A stretch of DNA of 58,269 nucleotides from Nanobdellota archaeon (GTDB lineage Archaea; Nanobdellota; Nanobdellia; Parvarchaeales; Parvarchaeaceae): assembly GCA_021818905.1 (NCBI GenBank), contig JAKASS010000005.1, positions 1 to 58,269 of the forward strand, given 5' to 3'. Position numbers and translations under genes: made by a program. The notes beneath the pieces were generated by a model that was not told where the DNA came from, ran no database searches, and saw nothing but the letters and a program-made list of their open reading frames with translations. Positions 20,132 through 28,579 of this stretch are shown here, piece by piece (the first letter of the stretch is position 1; the number at the start of each line of letters is the position of its first letter).

Positions 20132-20659
20132 ATGACGACAGAGGTCGAGATAAGGGCGTTTATAGACAAGAATAAGTATAACGAGCTTCTAGCTTTCTTT
20201 AAAAAGAACGGTAAATATCTCGGGGTAGATCACCAAGAAACCTACTATCTTGATTCTGAAAGCGACTTGAGAATACAGAAAAATAATTCTTTCTCAAAAA
20301 TCTGGCTTAAGAAGGGTAATATGCATGACGAGGCTAGAGAGGAGATAGAGGTAAAATTCGCCAGAGAAGACTTCCCAAAAATTGAGAAAATATTCCGACT
20401 CCTCGGTTTCGCTGTAAAAATAAAATGGCTTAGATTAAGAAAAACTTTCGAATGGTAGGGAGTTAACGTGATGTTGGACTCGACGAGGGGCTATGGCCAT
20501 ATAATCGAGCTAGAAAAGCTTATTGGGGGCAGAGAAAAGGAAGAAACGATAAGACTACTGAAGGGAAAATTAGAATCACTTGGAATACCGCTGACCAAAA
20601 AGAAGGTGTTCGACCAAAAGTATGCGTATTATCAGGATCACCGGAAAGAATTTTTATAG
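20132..20659 (+). pseudogene. CYTH-domain protein with an in-frame TAG at 20456-20458
   Basis: EVEIR, HQETYY, LRIQK, REEIEV, YGHIIELEK; both ORF halves are in the same frame. Confidence 0.85.
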
Positions 20660-20698
20660 TCCACCATATTTTGGTAAAACCTTATTTATTTTAAGTGA

Positions 20699-20866
20699 TG
20701 TTCGGATTTGTATCTCTTTGCAGTGGCTTTTGCATCTTTAATGCAGTCTTCGAAAAATAAAGAGAAAATAACATTGGAAGACGTCGCAAGAGCTTCAAAG
20801 ACAGATAAAAATGTTTTATTAAATCGTATAAATGAAATGCATATCAAACTTAATCTTAAGCGATAA
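20699..20866 (+). pseudogene. Orphan TFB-like cyclin-repeat C-terminal fragment
   Basis: AVAFASLMQSSKNKEKITLEDVARASKTDKNVLLNRINEMHIKLNLKR resembles AAAAVYISSKNDHKNITLKQVAEATGISEDIIMKRVIELYSKLNL of ORF 8254. Confidence 0.6.
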
Positions 20867-21041
20867 TCGAATATTTAATTCTCATTAGCGTAAAGTTACT
20901 AATTCGATACGCAAGTGTCTTAATCTGTAATAGTCCTTCTAGACTAAGAGAATTGAACATAAAATTATTGTATCTTAGTATTTCTTTAAAAATTGCAACG
21001 TTAAAACTTTTAAATTGTCTTTAGGTTAGTATAGTAGTAAT

Positions 21042-21114
21042 AGCCCCGTAGTCTAGTGGCCAAGGACAACTGGCTCTGAACCAGTGAACATCGGTCCAAA
21101 TCCGATCGGGGCTA
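21042..21114 (+). tRNA. tRNA-Gln(CTG)
   Basis: Acceptor stem AGCCCCG/CGGGGCT; anticodon arm ACTGG-CTCTGAA-CCAGT; T arm ATCGG-TCCAAAT-CCGAT; no encoded CCA. Confidence 0.93.
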
Positions 21115-21454
21115 AATTTTGTTGGGGGATATAGGTAGGAACCAAAAAGTGGAATTAAATTTATGCCCAAATATTATAGAATTTAGAGCAGCTTTTTTTA
21201 TATTCTCTCATCCAATTGAAATTATGAAAAAAGGGTAGGATCGAGTTGGTATTCTTCAGACCCAACCAAATTTAGAGGATTTGTCCCAGAAAAACTGCTT
21301 AAAACTTTAAAATAGGACGGACTAATAAAAATTACAGAAATAGACGATAAAACCATTTCTATCAGATTAACTAAAGATGGGATTCTTTTTGTGCAGTAGA
21401 TGAACTATTAGTAGAATTATAAGTCTCTTTTGTAATATTGTTACTAGTCACTCT

Positions 21455-21939
21455 TTAAGTGTTACTAAACTCAACATATGAATTACTATTCGAACAAGTT
21501 GCACCACTTGCACCCGTTGAAAGTAGAACCGAGTAAGTTCCAGTAGGTAATGACAAGTTTTGTGTAGCGTATAAGCAGTACAGAGGATAGCTTTTACTAT
21601 TATTGGCTGAAAAATCATAAGAATAGCCTACATTATTTGTAAGATTCACAGCGATAGCCATTAATTCTCCGGTGCTCCAAGACATGCTTAGATTACCGCC
21701 CGGCCACTTACAAGACCCGGATACCTGTGAATTTGGTGAGGTAGACTGTAAATTAAGAGTACTACATAAATTAGTTATATTTGTATTAGAACTATTTTTT
21801 GTCGTAGACAGATTAGTTGTCGGTTGGCTACTTAGAACAATTACTATAACAATAACGAGACAAACCCCGATTATAAGAATAAATTTAGGACTTAGGCACT
21901 GTTTAAGGCCGTTCCTTCTATCTTTTCCGTTTCTCCCAT
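21455..21939 (-). pseudogene. Membrane-anchored S/T/N-rich surface protein, apparently frameshifted near the start
   Basis: Frame open upstream of 21685 through the TM segment KFILIIGVCLVIVIVIVL; ATG at 21939 with GGAGG is one base out of frame. Confidence 0.55.
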
Positions 21940-21955
21940 ACTCTTTTTGCCTCCG

Positions 21956-21986
21956 AAAGCGACGACTTTTGACTTGTCGTCGCTTT
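21956..21986. promoter_or_regulatory. 11-bp perfect inverted repeat between divergent genes
   Basis: AAAGCGACGAC-N9-GTCGTCGCTTT. Confidence 0.55.
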
Positions 21987-22002
21987 TCCGTAAACTATTT
22001 AT

Positions 22003-22020
22003 TCTCTCTCTCTCTCTCTC
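22003..22020 (+). repeat. (TC)9 microsatellite two bases before a start codon
   Basis: ATTCTCTCTCTCTCTCTCTCTTATG. Confidence 0.9.
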
Positions 22021-22022
22021 TT

Positions 22023-23573
22023 ATGCTCCACGATCATAAGTCGCAATCAGCATTAGAATATCTCATGACCTATGGCTGGGCCATACTGATCATAGTGATA
22101 GTAGCGGCAGTCCTTGATGCAATGGGCATCTTCAATCCCGCTGCGGCGGCAAACGTCCCATTCACAGTGACAGGCACGTCAGGAACGGTGATAGCCGCAG
22201 GTCAGGGGAATGCGACGCAGATATATCTTACGATATACGATCAAACGGGTTATCCTGTGACAATAGACTATCTATCCTTCGAATCGGGCGGAGCGACCTA
22301 TTCTGCATTCGGCTGTGCCGGCTTCCCGCCTTACCAGCTTGTGGCAGGCCAAAGCACCATATGTGCCATCCGTTCATCCCCGAACGGCAACTTCCGGAGT
22401 CCGCTAGGAGGGCAGGTGTCCATAACATACCTGGAAGACAACGGCGTACCGGGACAGAACTTCATGACGACAAGCTCGATAAGGATGTCATTGACGACCT
22501 CTAAGCTGGACAACAACGGCGAGAACCTCTCTTTTCCTTTAATGACTACGTTCACAGAATCAGGTCTTCCTTCCGGTACATCGTGGAATGTCACGTATGA
22601 CGGAGTGACTAACCACTCTGCCACAAATACAATAACGTTTTTGGCATTGGCAGACCCATTTTCGTACACGATATACAATCAACTAATTTCAAGTACTGCG
22701 GGTTACTGTTATCTTAAAATGTATTCCGTGCCAGTTCTATCTTCAGGCTCGGCTAATGGCGGTTCTTCCATACCGGTCACGTTCACAAATTCTTCCGGGT
22801 GTACGCTCGCATACGTTGCAAATTATGGTGCAAATACCACTTCCGTCATCAATACCTCTACCAATACAGTCATAGGCGGCCCGATAACCGTCGGTTCCCA
22901 TCCGGATGGTGTAGCCATAACCCCCAATGGTAAATTTGCATACGTTACAAATTTTTATGTAAATGCAGTTTCCGTCATCAATACCTCTTCCAATACGGTC
23001 ATAGCCACCATAACCGTAAGTGCTAACCCGAATGGTGTAGCCATAACCCCCAATGGTAAATTTGCATACGTTACGAATCAGAATGCAAATGCAGTTTCCG
23101 TCATCAATACCTCTTCCAATACGGTCATAGCCACCATAACCGTAAGTGCTAACCCGAATGGTGTAGCCATAACCCCCAATGGTAAATTTGCATACGTTAC
23201 GAATCAGAATGCAAATGCAGTTTCCGTCATCAATACCTCTTCCAATACGGTCATAGCCACCATAACCGTCGGTTCCCATCCGTTTGGCGTAGCCATAACC
23301 CCCAATGGTAAATTTGCATACGTTACGAATCAGAATGCAAATGCAGTTTCCGTCATCAATACCTCTTCCAATACGGTCATAGCCACCATAACCGTAGGTG
23401 CTTATCCAGAGGGCATAGCCATAACCCCCAATGGTAAATTCGTATACGTTGTAGATTATAATACAAATACAGTTACTGTCATCAATACTACTTCCAATAT
23501 GGCCATAGGCCCCCTGATAGCCGTAGGTAATAGCCCGATTGACATGTCACTTTCTTCCGTAGATTCAGTTTGA
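22023..23573 (+). CDS. Class III signal peptide (pilin-like) surface protein with an Ig-like domain and YVTN/YncE beta-propeller
   Basis: True start is likely 22023 (MLHDHKSQSALEYLMTYGWAIL); FTESGLPSGTSWNVT domain; AITPNGKFAYVTN repeats. Confidence 0.9.
   Translation: MLHDHKSQSALEYLMTYGWAILIIVIVAAVLDAMGIFNPAAAANVPFTVTGTSGTVIAAGQGNATQIYLTIYDQTGYPVTIDYLSFESGGATYSAFGCAGFPPYQLVAGQSTICAIRSSPNGNFRSPLGGQVSITYLEDNGVPGQNFMTTSSIRMSLTTSKLDNNGENLSFPLMTTFTESGLPSGTSWNVTYDGVTNHSATNTITFLALADPFSYTIYNQLISSTAGYCYLKMYSVPVLSSGSANGGSSIPVTFTNSSGCTLAYVANYGANTTSVINTSTNTVIGGPITVGSHPDGVAITPNGKFAYVTNFYVNAVSVINTSSNTVIATITVSANPNGVAITPNGKFAYVTNQNANAVSVINTSSNTVIATITVSANPNGVAITPNGKFAYVTNQNANAVSVINTSSNTVIATITVGSHPFGVAITPNGKFAYVTNQNANAVSVINTSSNTVIATITVGAYPEGIAITPNGKFVYVVDYNTNTVTVINTTSNMAIGPLIAVGNSPIDMSLSSVDSV
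22841..23530 (+). repeat. Near-identical 126-bp intragenic tandem repeats (YVTN blades)
   Basis: TTCCGTCATCAATACCTC recurs at 22841, 22970, 23096, 23222 and 23348, with a degenerate copy near 23474. Confidence 0.95.
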
Positions 23574-23767
23574 TTACTCGATAAACAGAGTCATGGTAAC
23601 AGTTATAGTAGATCTATAACTTATTAGCTTCATTTTGCATCCTTTATATGAATCTTTGAGTTTTCAAATGGTAAAGGTGGAATATCTCCGTTCTTAGAAA
23701 GGGTTATTTCCAGTTTCTTTGGAACAAATTGTTTCTGTTCTTTTTCTTCTATCTTTAGCATTTTTTG

Positions 23768-23982
23768 TTCTATTTTGGGGGAGTTCTATTTTATTCTAAT
23801 TTACAACTGGTTCCATTCTATTTTAATTCTGTTTAATTCTATTTTGAGCTGTTTTTATAGGCTCTAATTTCTATTTTTACTCTATCTGATTCTATTTTAT
23901 TCTAATTTTTCTTGGATTAGAATCGGTTCCATTCTATTTTGAATCTGTTTTTATTCTGTTTAATTCTATTTTATTCTAATTT
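23768..23982. repeat. Non-coding array of TTCTATTTT motifs
   Basis: Eight copies (23768, 23784, 23816, 23837, 23869, 23890, 23932, 23964); TTCTATTTTATTCTAATTT x3; GGTTCCATTCTATTTT x2. Confidence 0.85.
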
Positions 23983-24003
23983 ATTCTGTTTTTAAGGCTT
24001 TGT

Positions 24004-24363
24004 TTATAAGTCTTCAAGTTTCTTTAGAATATTTTTAGAAAGATGCGCCGGCTTTCGTTCCTTAATCCGCTTTTTTATCTTCCAAAGTGTCGATGTATTT
24101 ATTCCGATTCTTTCAGCGTCTTTAACTTTCATTTTTCTAATCAGCCTTTCCAGCTCTTTTTGGTCTGTATAAACGTTTTGCTCTAATCTGTTGAGACAAA
24201 CTAAGGCCTTTTCTACGTTGTTGGCTTCCTTTCCTATCGACGTTATTTTATCAACTACTATATGCTTTCTATGTAAAATTCCCTCGTGACCATCGAGTTT
24301 ATGCTCTGGGTGTTTTACGTATCTCCAAAGTTCATCACTTAAAGTTTTCCAGTATTCAACTCC
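24004..24363 (-). pseudogene. C-terminal 119 aa of a casposon-type family B DNA polymerase (not in ORF track)
   Basis: GVEYWKTLSDELWRYVKHPEHKLDGHEGILHRKHIVVDKITSIGKEANNVE...DAERIGINTSTLWKIKKRIK; resembles, from recall, the euryarchaeal casposon PolB tail; no start codon, abuts the IS6 TIR. Confidence 0.7.
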
Positions 24364-24365
24364 TT

Positions 24366-25305
24366 GGCACTGTTACCAAATACGGTTGGTGAATCTTAAT
24401 TACACCGGCTGCCATCTTTATTTAAGGTGAAAATGGAAAACCGATGTAATTATTGTAAAAGTAGCAGCGCAGCCTTAAATGGTTTTAGAAAGACGAAAAA
24501 CAGGGGAAACGTACAGCGATACCGTTGTACGTCCTGTGGCAAGACGTTCGTAGAAAACATCGGTTTCAGGTGGAAACACCATGCGAAACGCACCATGATC
24601 GGCAGCATCCACCTGCATCTGATGGGATCGTCGCTTAGGGAAGCCGCGAAGTTCCTTTCCGTGTCCGTTGATTCCGTATTCAGGTGATTCCTGGAATATG
24701 GAAAGATGATCGTAGGATACGTAAAGGACATCAAGCCTTTCAGGACGGAAAGGCTTCACATGGACGAGATGTCCGTAAAGATGCGCGGGAAGTCCTTTTA
24801 CGTATGGGCTTCCATCTGCAGGGAAAGCAGGTTTGCCACGGCTTTCCTCGCTTCCGACAGGACGAAGAAGAACGCCAGACTGCTGATGAAAGAGTCCCCG
24901 CCCGCCATCAACATCACTACGGATGGCGCATTTGGATACGGCTCCGTCATAAGGGAAGCCAAGGGATCGTGGTATTACCACAATCGTTATCATCGCTGCG
25001 CTTCCTTCGAGGACAAGAAGGACAATGATCCCATGGAAAGACGGGACAATCCCTATCGTGCTAATACTCACGAGCTTCGCGGCTTCAAGAAGCTCGCCAC
25101 TGGAGACCTGTTCGTAAGGTTGTGGACGTTCTACTATGACTTCATAAGGCCGCATTCTTCCCTCGGCAGGACCCCTGCTGAAGAAGCGGGACTTGTAAGG
25201 TATTACAAAGGCGATGATTGGTTAGGACGGTGGGAGCGATGGGTCGAGAGAGCTTCGCTCTCTTTTTATTTGGCTTATATATCAACCGTATTTAGTAACA
25301 GTGCC
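24366..25305 (+). mobile_element. IS6-family insertion sequence (940 bp)
   Basis: TIR GGCACTGTTAC(C/T)AAATACGGTTG 22/23 identical; no 8-bp TSD. Confidence 0.9.
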
Positions 25306-25311
25306 TTATAA
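24427..25311 (+). pseudogene. IS6 transposase (Zn finger, HTH, DDE) with an in-frame TGA at 24685-24687
   Basis: CNYC..CTSC, VFR*FLEYG (expected Trp), HMDE, ITTDG, YYDFIRPH. Confidence 0.88.
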
Positions 25312-25352
25312 ATTTATGACTTTAGATTCTCTTCACTTATTTTATCCTTTGT

Positions 25353-25619
25353 TTAGTCTTTACCGTATACCTGTTTATGCGAACAGACCTTCAGCAAGAA
25401 TATCTCTCTGTTCTTGAAATCAACTGTATAAGCTATCCGATTGCTGTGACTTATATCCAGCGCATAGAAGCCAAGATTTCCTTTCTTTACACCAAGTTGC
25501 AGAGGATTTTCCACCGCGCCCAGTTCGATGATTTTACTTTTAGTTCTTTCTTGCATTTCCGTGCTCTTATTTTTGAACAATCTCTTGAAAGTCTTGGTTA
25601 TGACAAACGACCAAACCAT
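25353..25619 (-). CDS. RelE/ParE-family toxin
   Basis: TKTFKRLFK..., RIAYTV, VCSHKQVY; 88 aa, downstream of an antitoxin. Confidence 0.8.
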   Translation of the reverse strand: MVWSFVITKTFKRLFKNKSTEMQERTKSKIIELGAVENPLQLGVKKGNLGFYALDISHSNRIAYTVDFKNREIFLLKVCSHKQVYGKD

Positions 25620-25620
25620 A

Positions 25621-25857
25621 TCAGCTTTCTAGGTGTTTAATCGCGCTTTTTGCGTCTGAGAATTTTACAAAATCTCCTTTTTTGATGTCTATAAGGCTGT
25701 TTTTTATCTCTTCTATCTCGTTTAAGTCAAATCCGCCGACACTTTCATCTATGCCTATCAATCTTTTGATTACTTCATTCAAGGCTTCTCTTTTGTGGAT
25801 CTTGAGCTTTTCCAGCTCTTTTCTTACTTCTGAACTTATTTGTATCGTCGTTGCCAT
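25621..25857 (-). CDS. RHH-type antitoxin
   Basis: MATTIQIS.EVRKELEKLK...EVIKRLI with an acidic C-terminal half. Confidence 0.8.
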   Translation of the reverse strand: MATTIQISSEVRKELEKLKIHKREALNEVIKRLIGIDESVGGFDLNEIEEIKNSLIDIKKGDFVKFSDAKSAIKHLES

Positions 25858-26100
25858 AGCTAGTTATAACACGCTATAGTATTAATACTTTATTGTCGTC
25901 TTCCCTTATTTTATGCTTTTGTTAGCTCTTCTTTTATTCCTTATTTTGGAGCATCCCCTTTATAACCCACCACAACTTTATCCGCACAGCTAAAAACGGT
26001 TCAAATATAGTCTAGTTCATGTAGCAAGGGAATATAGATATCTCCAGAAATGGCGCAACTTTATAACCGTCTTTCCTTGCGGTTTTGAGTGGACCGGCCC

Positions 26101-26709
26101 TTAATAGAGCCAGGGGAATAATCGATACGTCCGCCCTGCATATTTCTCGTACTCAGCGCCGAAGCGGGAACGCAAGGCATTTTCTTCGATTTTGATTCGA
26201 TAGACATATACAGTAAGACCAGATGCGATTGTGATAACGATTCCGAACACCGGGCCAAGAGTGACTGCCAAGCCGATTATAGTCAGGAAGCCACCCGTGT
26301 AAGCGGGGTGGCGGATCCATCGATATGGGCCGTTTTTTACGATCCGATGATCTTGGGAGATGGTGATCGGCATGGTGAAGAATCGACCGAGGGTTCGTAA
26401 CGCCCATTCTCGTATCGCTAACCCGATTGCTACTATAGCGATTCCTAACGCGACTGTATATACTGGCAGATAGCCGCCGATGCCGGTCACAAATCCGAAC
26501 AAATCGGCAATTAAGCCGATCGTGATCCCGATCGCTATTATCGGATAGGTGCCTTTGTCGATTCTGGAGGAAGGATGTTTAGGAGCACCTTGGCGCCACG
26601 TGGATCGCCTAGCGAAATATTCCGACACGCACCAAGCGATGGCAAGCAAAAACGTCGCGACTACGGGAATGGAATGCATTGCAAATAGATTACTTAAGAA
26701 TCCAAACAT
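26101..26709 (-). CDS. Isoprenylcysteine carboxylmethyltransferase (ICMT/STE14) family membrane protein
   Basis: TLGRFF, GPYRWIRHPAYTG, RIKIEENAL, FGAEYEKY. Confidence 0.9.
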   Translation of the reverse strand: MFGFLSNLFAMHSIPVVATFLLAIAWCVSEYFARRSTWRQGAPKHPSSRIDKGTYPIIAIGITIGLIADLFGFVTGIGGYLPVYTVALGIAIVAIGLAIREWALRTLGRFFTMPITISQDHRIVKNGPYRWIRHPAYTGGFLTIIGLAVTLGPVFGIVITIASGLTVYVYRIKIEENALRSRFGAEYEKYAGRTYRLFPWLY

Positions 26710-26865
26710 AAGTTTCCACTGACCATTTCAGCGACATCCAAGGCAAGCTCACCGCATTCGTTAGTCATAAATTTTATCGTTTCTCCCTATCCTTTTTGTA
26801 AGTCATCCCTTATTTACCTTTAATGTGGTCAAAAGACCCCTTAAATTTATTTATCAAGCCTTTTT

Positions 26866-27180
26866 TATTTTGCCGGGGGTTTTATGCATAAGCCTCTTAT
26901 CTTCAAAGGCCAGCAGTTTAAGGATGCGGTCTCTATTTCTTACATACAAGCGGTTATTAGGGTCGATAGATATGGCGGCATCAAACTCCATCACAGCATC
27001 TACATATTTTCTAACGCATTTCCGTTGCTGTTATATGCCGCAGCATTTTTGGGTCGAATCTTATAGCATTTTCATATTCTTTTGTCGCTTCTCCATACTT
27101 TCCGAGGGAAAACAACGCAACCCCTCTGTCAAAGTGAACCTTTCCATCAGAAGCATCTCGTCTGGCTGACAGTTTTCTGG
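26866..27180 (-). pseudogene. Frameshifted TPR-repeat protein remnant
   Basis: Minus-strand pieces HFDRGVALFSLGKYGEATKEYENAIRFDPK / AAAYNSNGNALE / KYVDAVMEFDAAISIDPNN. Confidence 0.7.
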
Positions 27181-27188
27181 GCACATGA

Positions 27189-27788
27189 TTACTTTCTTCT
27201 TTGCAATAATTTATTGGACTGGTAAAAGCTTTCTACGCTCGATCTCTCCCACCAGCCTTCTAGTTCTGGATTTTCTATGAGTTCAGGCTTGTGGAATGGC
27301 ACCCTGCCCGGAGACAATGTCATACTAAGTGGATGTACACCTACTTTGTCTCGGATTTGTATCGGCTTGTCCCCTTTGAACCAAGTTCCTAATCTTATTA
27401 GCGACCTCCGTATAGCTATATCCTGCAGGTGCGTCCGATCGGTTTCCTGTACTGCGTAGTCCAAGCCGCAATTTACGTTGGAAGGCGAATCATCATATAC
27501 TTCAGACGCATCCGAAATCAATTGCTTTAGCACATTTGGGTTTCTCTTTAAGAATTCAAAATACGCGTCTTCATAAAGTGCATATGCGCCGGGTTCTCCC
27601 ACATAAATGTCCCCAATTTTCCAGACGACTCGCCAGTTTCCCTCGCCGTATTTGTCATCCCGCTCCTTGCGTTTGTCGTTTCTTTTAGAGCCCAAGTATC
27701 CAGTCCTGCCGACGGTTTCCCAGTTGGAAAGATTTTTTTCTACGCCAAAAAGCCTGTGTTCCTCTCTTTTAAGATCTAATTGTTCCAT
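27189..27788 (-). CDS. Conserved-looking hypothetical protein
   Basis: 199 aa, enzyme-like polar motifs (YEDAY, VYDD, HLQDIAIRR, SPGRVPFH, ESFYQSNK). Confidence 0.7.
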   Translation of the reverse strand: MEQLDLKREEHRLFGVEKNLSNWETVGRTGYLGSKRNDKRKERDDKYGEGNWRVVWKIGDIYVGEPGAYALYEDAYFEFLKRNPNVLKQLISDASEVYDDSPSNVNCGLDYAVQETDRTHLQDIAIRRSLIRLGTWFKGDKPIQIRDKVGVHPLSMTLSPGRVPFHKPELIENPELEGWWERSSVESFYQSNKLLQRRK

Positions 27789-27851
27789 ACGTTTAGCTTT
27801 TTGTTATAATTTATATGCTTTATGCATAATCTAATTTTGTCTATTCTAGCA

Positions 27852-28559
27852 TTATCTCTTTGCAGTCCCATAGATTATAGTAGCAAATCCCGTGTCAGCT
27901 TTGTTCTTTTTGTACGCCAATTTTATATTTCTAAATCCTGCCTTTTTAAATACCTTTTTGAAGATGGCTATTGATATAGGGGCCATACCATCGAACTGAG
28001 GAACTTCTTCAGCTATATCAGTTCTCCTGGCCAACCAGTTTACGAACAGAGCGCTTCCATCCTTCTTTAAGCGCGCGTACATGTTCTTAACGGCAATCAA
28101 AAGTTCAGATTCACTGTTAACACAACCTATACAGCCGATTTCTGTTACATAATCATATTTTTTCTTAAACGGAAGAGATTTTAGTATATTCGCAACTTTC
28201 AATTTTCCTATTTTTTTGAAAGCATCCATTACTAAGCTTTTGTCTTTTTTTGAATATGGGTTAGCAGCCAATCCGTGGGTTAGCAGCCAATCCGCAAGTT
28301 TGTAATAAATCTCTGGCTTTTTGCTTTTTACCAAAAGATTTTTAAGATATTCTATATTCTCTGACAAAATGTCAAAAGCATCTATGCTAGTTGCGTTTTG
28401 CATGAACATCGCCCAGTAAAGCAATGAAGGTCCACAGCCAAAGTCCAATACCTTCCCCTTTACATTATTAAATAATAGTTTACCCACAAAAGCAGTTTCT
28501 GGCGTGATTGAACCATACTCTTCTTTTATGTATCTGTCAATGCAGCTCTTAACGCTCAT
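27852..28559 (-). CDS. Class I SAM methyltransferase, NNMT/PNMT-like
   Basis: YIKEEY N-terminus, VLDFGCGP, AFD, LKKDG. Confidence 0.75.
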   Translation of the reverse strand: MSVKSCIDRYIKEEYGSITPETAFVGKLLFNNVKGKVLDFGCGPSLLYWAMFMQNATSIDAFDILSENIEYLKNLLVKSKKPEIYYKLADWLLTHGLAANPYSKKDKSLVMDAFKKIGKLKVANILKSLPFKKKYDYVTEIGCIGCVNSESELLIAVKNMYARLKKDGSALFVNWLARRTDIAEEVPQFDGMAPISIAIFKKVFKKAGFRNIKLAYKKNKADTGFATIIYGTAKR

Positions 28560-28579
28560 AAAAATCGGTAGAGTATCAT

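Larger units (their letters stand above)
21125..24365. mobile_element. Putative casposon remnant (one end, cargo, PolB 3' end)
   Basis: GGGGATATAGGTA starts 10 bp after the tRNA 3' end; casposon-type PolB C-terminus oriented towards it; truncated by IS6. Confidence 0.6.

Noticed and set aside
21163-21400. Decayed wHTH-like frame just inside the putative casposon end
   Set aside because: Multiple stops; too degraded to call
21672-22022. N-terminal 117 aa of the 633-aa ORF call
   Set aside because: It overlaps the opposite-strand gene and the promoter; the class III signal peptide places the start at 22023
22841-23982. Possible CRISPR array in the repeat regions
   Set aside because: The 126-bp units are in-frame coding repeats without unique spacers; the 9-mer array is irregular and too short; no cas genes seen
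20456-24687. Stop-codon recoding (TAG in CYTH, TGA in IS6, adjacent tRNA-Gln)
   Set aside because: TAG and TGA end many intact genes here and the anticodon is CTG, not CTA; ordinary nonsense mutations suffice
26027-26060. GGGAATATAGATATCTCC..CGCAAC as a second casposon end
   Set aside because: Same orientation as the 21125 end, weak similarity and no TSD
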